Of a stretch of 22,232 nt of DNA, positions 16,701 to 22,232 are shown one piece after another (position 1 is the stretch's first letter; each line of letters starts with the position of its first letter). The DNA is taken from the IMG/VR virus record IMGVR_UViG_2703718827_000007; one strand, 5' to 3'. The notes below the pieces were generated by a model. It did not search any database, was not told where the DNA came from, and saw nothing but the letters and a program-made list of their open reading frames with translations. The position numbers were made by a program, and so were the translations under genes. The DNA comes from a virus (taxonomy: Duplodnaviria; Heunggongvirae; Uroviricota; Caudoviricetes).

Positions 16701-19700
16701 TTATCTCGTAAAATTAGTTTTATGACTTCCTGTTAGCTGACTGTCTTCATAATAAAATGCCCCACTAAACTCCTGTCGACCATAATGATGACTTGATGTG
16801 AGTGAGCCCCCTATAACACCTTTTTCACCTAATAATGTCCAAACGATTTCAAAACCATTGTCCCTTAACATTGTTAAAAATGGTTCTTTTTTAACAAGTA
16901 GATGCGGCTTTGAAGCATATACAGCTTCAGCTGCAAAGCAAACCATAGTTCCATTTTCATCATTGAAGCTACCCTCTACTTCCCCATTTTTTAAGCCCAT
17001 CTTTTCAAAGATTAAGTTGCTAGGCTTCAAAAAATTCAAAGCTTCTATTTTTGATTTGTCGAACTCCTCTCCCCACAAATAATTAATCGAAGTGACACTA
17101 ACATCAGCTATCTTAGCTCCAGACTCCCGGTCTGTTACCGAAGTCCAGTCAGAACCACCATAATAATCTGATTTAAAAGACTTAAATGCTTCGGACCAAT
17201 AGTACTCCCTATTAAATAATTGGTATCTATCAGTACATTCCGGCATCCACCTGCCCATAAAGTCTTGAGCTATTGCCCAACATCTAAAATTTTCAAATTC
17301 TTGAACTTTAACGATATAACTTCTGATCTGATACCAAACCTCTTTTCGTGGGTGCCCCCAATCATCGTTTCCAATAATTTTTGGTTCTTTCCATGATGGA
17401 TAACTTTCTAATACTATCCATTCATCACCATTATCATCTTTAACTTCAATCAAAGCATATGGATTAGTTATAGTAGTAGAGCTTTTAACCCAGTCTTCAT
17501 TAGAGCAAGTCCAATCAAACACTTCATCATTAAGCCACCACATTTCTTTATTGCTTATTTTTTTCGTCCCAGTTTCTTTAAGTAAGATAGTGGGATCTAT
17601 ATCTCTTACGTAAGGCTCCCATGGCCCTTGGTATGGGTTTTCCTTTCGGTCGTCACCATAACCTTCAAAACGAATAAAATTATCGGCTAGCCTTGCCATG
17701 TATTCATAATAAGCAATCCATTGGTATTTTTTACCAATCCGTTCTTGGAATTCCTCTCTACGTCCACGTCCAGTTCCTATTTGTTGATCAAAATCACCAT
17801 GCTTCTCCGGATCCCAACCAAGTTCCAGAACACGATTGAATATAAATTGTTGAGCTAGTCGAAGATCAAAGTGTTTATCAGTTTCCAGCAGATTATTATT
17901 ATGATCTAGGTATGGCTCTATTTCATTTTCAAACTCACTTAACAGATCGTATGACAATGAATTCTTAAATAGCTTCTTGCTCGCCTTTATTTCTTCCTGT
18001 GCTTTTCTACCGACCACGCTACCAAATTTAATTCCTTCACATTTATCATCATAAATGAAAGGATCTGTAGCATCATACAATTTTTTTTGTTGGTCAGTTA
18101 GTTTACATTTGAAAGTTTTAAAAATTTTCTTACGGTCAATAGGAGTTTCATTAAACTTGCAACCAGACCAATCAGAATGATTGTAATTTGTTCCAATGGT
18201 ATATCGTGAAAAGTCACCACCTCCCATAATCGAGCTCCAGAGTGCCCGATAAGGTTCTTTATTATAAAGAGACTCTAGTTCCTCTTTTGGAGGAATCTCG
18301 TCAGGCCAAATGCTGTTGTAGGGTGGCCTAGTCTTGGATAATTCAATACTTTCAAGTTCCAGTCCAAGATGATTAGCAAATTCAATAATCTCTCTCGCAT
18401 AATCTCTAAGTAATATATTTGGATACACAGACTCAGAACAAAATACCTTTTGGTAAACAGTTTCGGCTAAATATTTTAGTTCTTTAATATTATCAGTTCG
18501 CAATGTACAACCCAATGCAACTGCAAATATTCTTTCCCAAACGTAAGGATCATTTACACCATAAAACTTATCAATTATTTTTCTCAATACAGGAATTCTT
18601 GGCTCGAGTAAACTCACTAAAGCCTTGGTTGAGCAATCTCGAAGTTCTCGGTTACTAGAAGTTAAAAACCAGCATAAACTAGTTGCAACTAGCTCGATTG
18701 ACTCATCCGAAACGAAGCTTTTATCTGTTCTGCCCCATGCCCAATCGATTAGATGCCTAAATGCTGAGTCTTCACTATATTTATATTTAAGTTTTGTAGT
18801 CCAACACGAATCTCGATTTCCCAAAGAGTAATCTTTTAGCCAATCATGCAAGAAATTAGCATTAAAGGGATGGTCAACTAAACCTGAAATAGAGATCACT
18901 GCCTCGAGAAAATGATCAAAACTACCTTTAAATTTAAAAACATGTTCATTGATGAAAGGTCTGATTTTTTCGAAATCAATAGCCTTAATATCTCGCCATA
19001 TCAAGCTATCAATAAAGGCTTCTAGTAATTTATGATTATTGCTGAACTCCGGCAGAAATTCATAAAGCTCTTTTCCATACTTTTCTGGCAATTGAATAGA
19101 AAGCGCCTCAACTATTCCCGAGTTTGTATAAAAATCACATTCATCATGAAAATATTTTTTCAGACGACCATCTGACTTAAATTCATTTTCGATATTTTCA
19201 ACATCATTTAATAAAAAATTAACGGTTAAATGATCATCAAACCTTTCAAAAGCCACATGAACTACTTCCTCAGTAGCATTATCATTATTTCTCACTATGC
19301 CTTTAGTCAATAATCCTTCGTCAATCAAGGCGCTGAGGAAATTTTTATCTGTAACATAATCATTAACTACAGATTGAACCACTGAGTGAGCATCTCTAAG
19401 TGAAATACTATTACTACCAATCTCTAATTTGAATTTTATGATTTCGTTGAGAGCATCTTTTACAAGAGGAAAACTGGGATCGAAATCATATTTTTTTGGC
19501 GATGCCAATGATTTATTCACCCCTTCCACTAAAAAGTTAAAAATATTTGAAATCCCATTAAACCCAACAGGTACTTTGGTTAAACCATTTTTCTTAATGC
19601 CTTCACACAATAACTTAAGAAATAGAGGGTTTTTAAACTCTGGATTAAGATTAGGTGATGAAGGCCTCTCTATATTGTAATAATCATAAAATAGACTAAC

Positions 19701-21155
19701 CGCTTCTAACTCAACATTCTGAAATCCAATATGTTCATGAATTTCAAAATTATTTCGCTCAACATTCTCATGTGAAATTGTTACATTTCTATATGTTGTT
19801 CTGACTGACATTATCAGACCAAGCCATTCAAAGCATCTGATTTCATCGACAAAACTGTTAATATTGTCATTCCAGAATTTATTTCCATTACCTTCATTAA
19901 TAGCATCAATGAAAACCAAGACTCTTTTTCCTGTTTTTTTGCCATATAAATTCAGTTTTTCCAGGAATTCACGAGAAGTGATTTTAAGCTGTAATCTCTT
20001 GAAGATCTGTGACCATGGAGATTCATCTGAAGTAAGTTGTTGCCCTAGTATGAGTAGAGAAGGATATCCAGAAGCAATTCGATTTTTAATCACATCAGCC
20101 AGTAAATGAGACTTACCAATTCCAGCTTTTCCTTCGAGAAGTAAGAATGGGTTGTTAGCCAACTTTACTGTTGTTGAATTAATGAATGTACGTAATTCAT
20201 TGCACGCATAGTCAAGTTCCCGAAGCATTCGCAGAGTAGATGAATACTTATCACTGTAATGCTTGGTTTCACCTACTTGTTCTGACTTTTCTCGGAGTTC
20301 CCACAATATTGATTCCGCTCCGCCAATAGCTGTCTGGCAGCTGTCAACATAGTTATTAAATTTATTTATAGGAATTTGATCTAATTTAGAAAAATTAAGC
20401 TCTTGATATATATCCGCAATTTGATTTAAGGACTCGTCTATTACAGATAATTCTGAGTAAATTACATCGCAACTATGTAACCTCTTTCTAGTCATCAGAA
20501 AATTATCTATATGTGAGTAAAATATTTTAGCAAAATCATCAGTTCTACCGAGACCATCAAATATCTCTGCTATTTCTAGCTTTACGTTGAGTTCGGGTGT
20601 GTATCGGCCTCCCAAGTCAGCTATTGCTTGACTATTTTTTTCATTTAACCAACCATCACTCAAGTGAAAAGTTAGTTTGTCATCTATAGACCGCAAAATA
20701 AGTTTAACTTGAATAAGCTCTTCATTAATATCGAATATTTTTTCTTTATACGTTTCTTCGATATGTAGCTTTTTTAACTTCGAACAATTATTGATTTTTA
20801 ACGATAACATCTCATAAAAAAGGCTGAGTTGTTGTTGAGTTGGGGGGGTGATGCTTGGATATTCTTTGAACTTGTCTAATAATATCCCTTTGTCAGGGAA
20901 CTCTTTAAACAAGATGTGTTCATTCAACATCTCAAACAATGGTTCAGAATGATAAAATGGAATTGCTCCACTTTCTACTGGATATGTTTCTTCAAACTCA
21001 ATTGCCGTCTCTTCAATTAGTTGATATAATCTATCCACATATCTTTTTTGGGGGAATAATGCTTTCTTAATACAACCATATCCTTCTTGAGAGATGAATT
21101 GATCAATAAGTTTAGTTGCTACATAAGTTGCCACTGTAATTGATATAGGTTCCAT
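16701..21155 (-). CDS. NACHT/STAND-like P-loop NTPase, 1484 aa, with unassigned N-terminal (about 335 aa) and C-terminal (about 950 aa) domains; candidate antiphage defence protein
   Basis: Walker A GKAGIGKS (residues 342-349, nt about 20109-20132); Walker B-like VLVFIDAINEG (residues 412-422), close to the NACHT hhhhD-x-h-[DN]-E pattern. The gene is markedly AT-rich compared with the P4-like region and sits between the att remnant and an invertase gene. Confidence 0.85.
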   Translation of the reverse strand: MEPISITVATYVATKLIDQFISQEGYGCIKKALFPQKRYVDRLYQLIEETAIEFEETYPVESGAIPFYHSEPLFEMLNEHILFKEFPDKGILLDKFKEYPSITPPTQQQLSLFYEMLSLKINNCSKLKKLHIEETYKEKIFDINEELIQVKLILRSIDDKLTFHLSDGWLNEKNSQAIADLGGRYTPELNVKLEIAEIFDGLGRTDDFAKIFYSHIDNFLMTRKRLHSCDVIYSELSVIDESLNQIADIYQELNFSKLDQIPINKFNNYVDSCQTAIGGAESILWELREKSEQVGETKHYSDKYSSTLRMLRELDYACNELRTFINSTTVKLANNPFLLLEGKAGIGKSHLLADVIKNRIASGYPSLLILGQQLTSDESPWSQIFKRLQLKITSREFLEKLNLYGKKTGKRVLVFIDAINEGNGNKFWNDNINSFVDEIRCFEWLGLIMSVRTTYRNVTISHENVERNNFEIHEHIGFQNVELEAVSLFYDYYNIERPSSPNLNPEFKNPLFLKLLCEGIKKNGLTKVPVGFNGISNIFNFLVEGVNKSLASPKKYDFDPSFPLVKDALNEIIKFKLEIGSNSISLRDAHSVVQSVVNDYVTDKNFLSALIDEGLLTKGIVRNNDNATEEVVHVAFERFDDHLTVNFLLNDVENIENEFKSDGRLKKYFHDECDFYTNSGIVEALSIQLPEKYGKELYEFLPEFSNNHKLLEAFIDSLIWRDIKAIDFEKIRPFINEHVFKFKGSFDHFLEAVISISGLVDHPFNANFLHDWLKDYSLGNRDSCWTTKLKYKYSEDSAFRHLIDWAWGRTDKSFVSDESIELVATSLCWFLTSSNRELRDCSTKALVSLLEPRIPVLRKIIDKFYGVNDPYVWERIFAVALGCTLRTDNIKELKYLAETVYQKVFCSESVYPNILLRDYAREIIEFANHLGLELESIELSKTRPPYNSIWPDEIPPKEELESLYNKEPYRALWSSIMGGGDFSRYTIGTNYNHSDWSGCKFNETPIDRKKIFKTFKCKLTDQQKKLYDATDPFIYDDKCEGIKFGSVVGRKAQEEIKASKKLFKNSLSYDLLSEFENEIEPYLDHNNNLLETDKHFDLRLAQQFIFNRVLELGWDPEKHGDFDQQIGTGRGRREEFQERIGKKYQWIAYYEYMARLADNFIRFEGYGDDRKENPYQGPWEPYVRDIDPTILLKETGTKKISNKEMWWLNDEVFDWTCSNEDWVKSSTTITNPYALIEVKDDNGDEWIVLESYPSWKEPKIIGNDDWGHPRKEVWYQIRSYIVKVQEFENFRCWAIAQDFMGRWMPECTDRYQLFNREYYWSEAFKSFKSDYYGGSDWTSVTDRESGAKIADVSVTSINYLWGEEFDKSKIEALNFLKPSNLIFEKMGLKNGEVEGSFNDENGTMVCFAAEAVYASKPHLLVKKEPFLTMLRDNGFEIVWTLLGEKGVIGGSLTSSHHYGRQEFSGAFYYEDSQLTGSHKTNFTR

Positions 21156-21677
21156 GATTAGCTTCTTCCAATAATTAAAATTTTACCAAGCGTTTATGCC
21201 TTACAATATGTATTGTATCTCACCGTAAAACATATTTATGTGGTTTTAAACCTATCTGTAAATCTTGCCACCTTGGCAAGAACCTAATCCTACATTTTAA
21301 TATCAGTCTATATAATATAGCCAGTGTCATAATAATCGGGCTTGTCATAGTTAAGTATTCGCCTCCGATATCCCAATGAGATAAGTAAGTCATCAGTGTT
21401 ATAAATGAAAAGATCACATTTTTCAAAGAGTTATTATGATGGAATATTATTCAAAACGCAATGTAGCTGAAACGAGTCTGAGTTTAACATCCGCTCCTAG
21501 TACATAGTAGTCCCAGGGACAGTGGCGTAAAGTCATAGATGGCCGGTGGGAGGTGGTGGAAATCCTCTCATGCAAAAAATACATAAAATCGATAACGGCT
21601 GGAAATCATTCAATACTCGCACCATCGAAAGTTCACCAGCCAACCGCGCACGATCTTGCATACGACATGCTACGGTT

Positions 21678-22232
21678 TCATTTATCTCCGACCGGAAACT
21701 TCTTATACAGTGTCGATACTCCAACATCATAGATGATCGCCACCTTCTGGCGAGGAACGCCTGATGCAATTAATCGCCCGGCCTGCGCCCATTGTTCTGG
21801 TGTAAGTTTGGGACGACGTCCACCAATTCGTCCCTGTGCGCGAGCAACTTCCAGTCCAGCTTTTGTTCGTTCAACAATCAGTTCTCGTTCCATTTCAGCC
21901 AGGGCACCCATCACATGAAAGAAAAAACGCCCCATCGGTGTGCTGGTATCAATAGCATCCGTCAGGCTGCGAAAATTAACGCCACGTTCGCGCAACTCCT
22001 CAACCAGAATGACCAGATGCCGCATACTACGCCCCAGCCGATCCAGCTTCCAGACAACCAGAGTGTCACCTGCCGATAATGTCCTGAGCAGTTTTTTCAG
22101 TCCCGGCCTTTCGGACTTTGTACCGCTTATCTTGTCTTCAAAAATCAGCTCGCATCCTGCACAGTTCAGCGCATTACGTTGTAGATCTGTGTTCTGGTCA
22201 TTTGTTGACACACGTACATAGCCAATAAGCAT
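21678..22232 (-). CDS. Serine recombinase, Hin/Gin/Pin-family DNA invertase, 184 aa
   Basis: MLIGYVRVSTNDQNTDLQRNAL...VVWKLDRLGRS...MGRFFFHVMGALAEMERELIVERT...GVSTLYKKF has the catalytic Ser region and C-terminal HTH typical of Hin/Gin/PinE. The start codon is the last triplet of the window. Confidence 0.9.
   Translation of the reverse strand: MLIGYVRVSTNDQNTDLQRNALNCAGCELIFEDKISGTKSERPGLKKLLRTLSAGDTLVVWKLDRLGRSMRHLVILVEELRERGVNFRSLTDAIDTSTPMGRFFFHVMGALAEMERELIVERTKAGLEVARAQGRIGGRRPKLTPEQWAQAGRLIASGVPRQKVAIIYDVGVSTLYKKFPVGDK

Noticed and set aside
16798-20109. Plus-strand ORFs inside the STAND gene (16798-17082, 18625-18831, 19429-19680, 19864-20109)
   Set aside because: Antisense to the long NTPase CDS in an AT-rich gene where short stop-free stretches arise by chance.
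21220-21426. 68-aa hydrophobic ORF between the invertase and the STAND gene
   Set aside because: It begins with TTG, has no RBS and lies in an AT-rich promoter region where hydrophobic spurious ORFs are common.
21533-22221. ORFs overlapping the invertase gene on either strand (21533-21769, 21546-21764, 21733-21918, 21792-22079, 21940-22221)
   Set aside because: The invertase frame has full-length family-typical sequence; the alternatives have none.

Overview
This window looks like an enterobacterial (E. coli-type) chromosomal island hotspot of the thrW/yagP kind. It opens on the ATG of a 136-codon LysR-type regulator fragment (yagP-like, + strand) and closes on the ATG of a Hin/Gin/Pin-family DNA invertase (- strand). 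Between them are three blocks. (1) A roughly 15.7 kb P4-family integrative element without capsid-remodelling genes (about 537-16281), bounded by an imperfect 17-18 bp direct repeat. It carries a P4-type tyrosine integrase, AlpA, a chain of translationally coupled small ORFs, an alpha-like primase-helicase, two mirror-image clusters of 9-bp iterons (GTTGGTTCA), and a cargo segment. The cargo holds an operon with a consensus LexA box (57-aa, 488-aa and 701-aa proteins) that converges on a small AT-rich polytopic membrane protein, which is reminiscent of a pore-forming toxin/immunity layout. (2) A 46-nt 3' fragment of a tRNA-Thr beside the integrase, with no 5' half, suggesting tandem islands. 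(3) An AT-rich 4.45 kb gene for a 1484-aa NACHT/STAND-like P-loop NTPase with unassigned N- and C-terminal domains, a candidate single-gene antiphage protein. The two strongest candidates for an undescribed system are the SOS-controlled cargo operon with its membrane-protein partner and the giant STAND NTPase. All functional calls rest on motifs visible in the translations and on recollection of protein families; no database search was possible.
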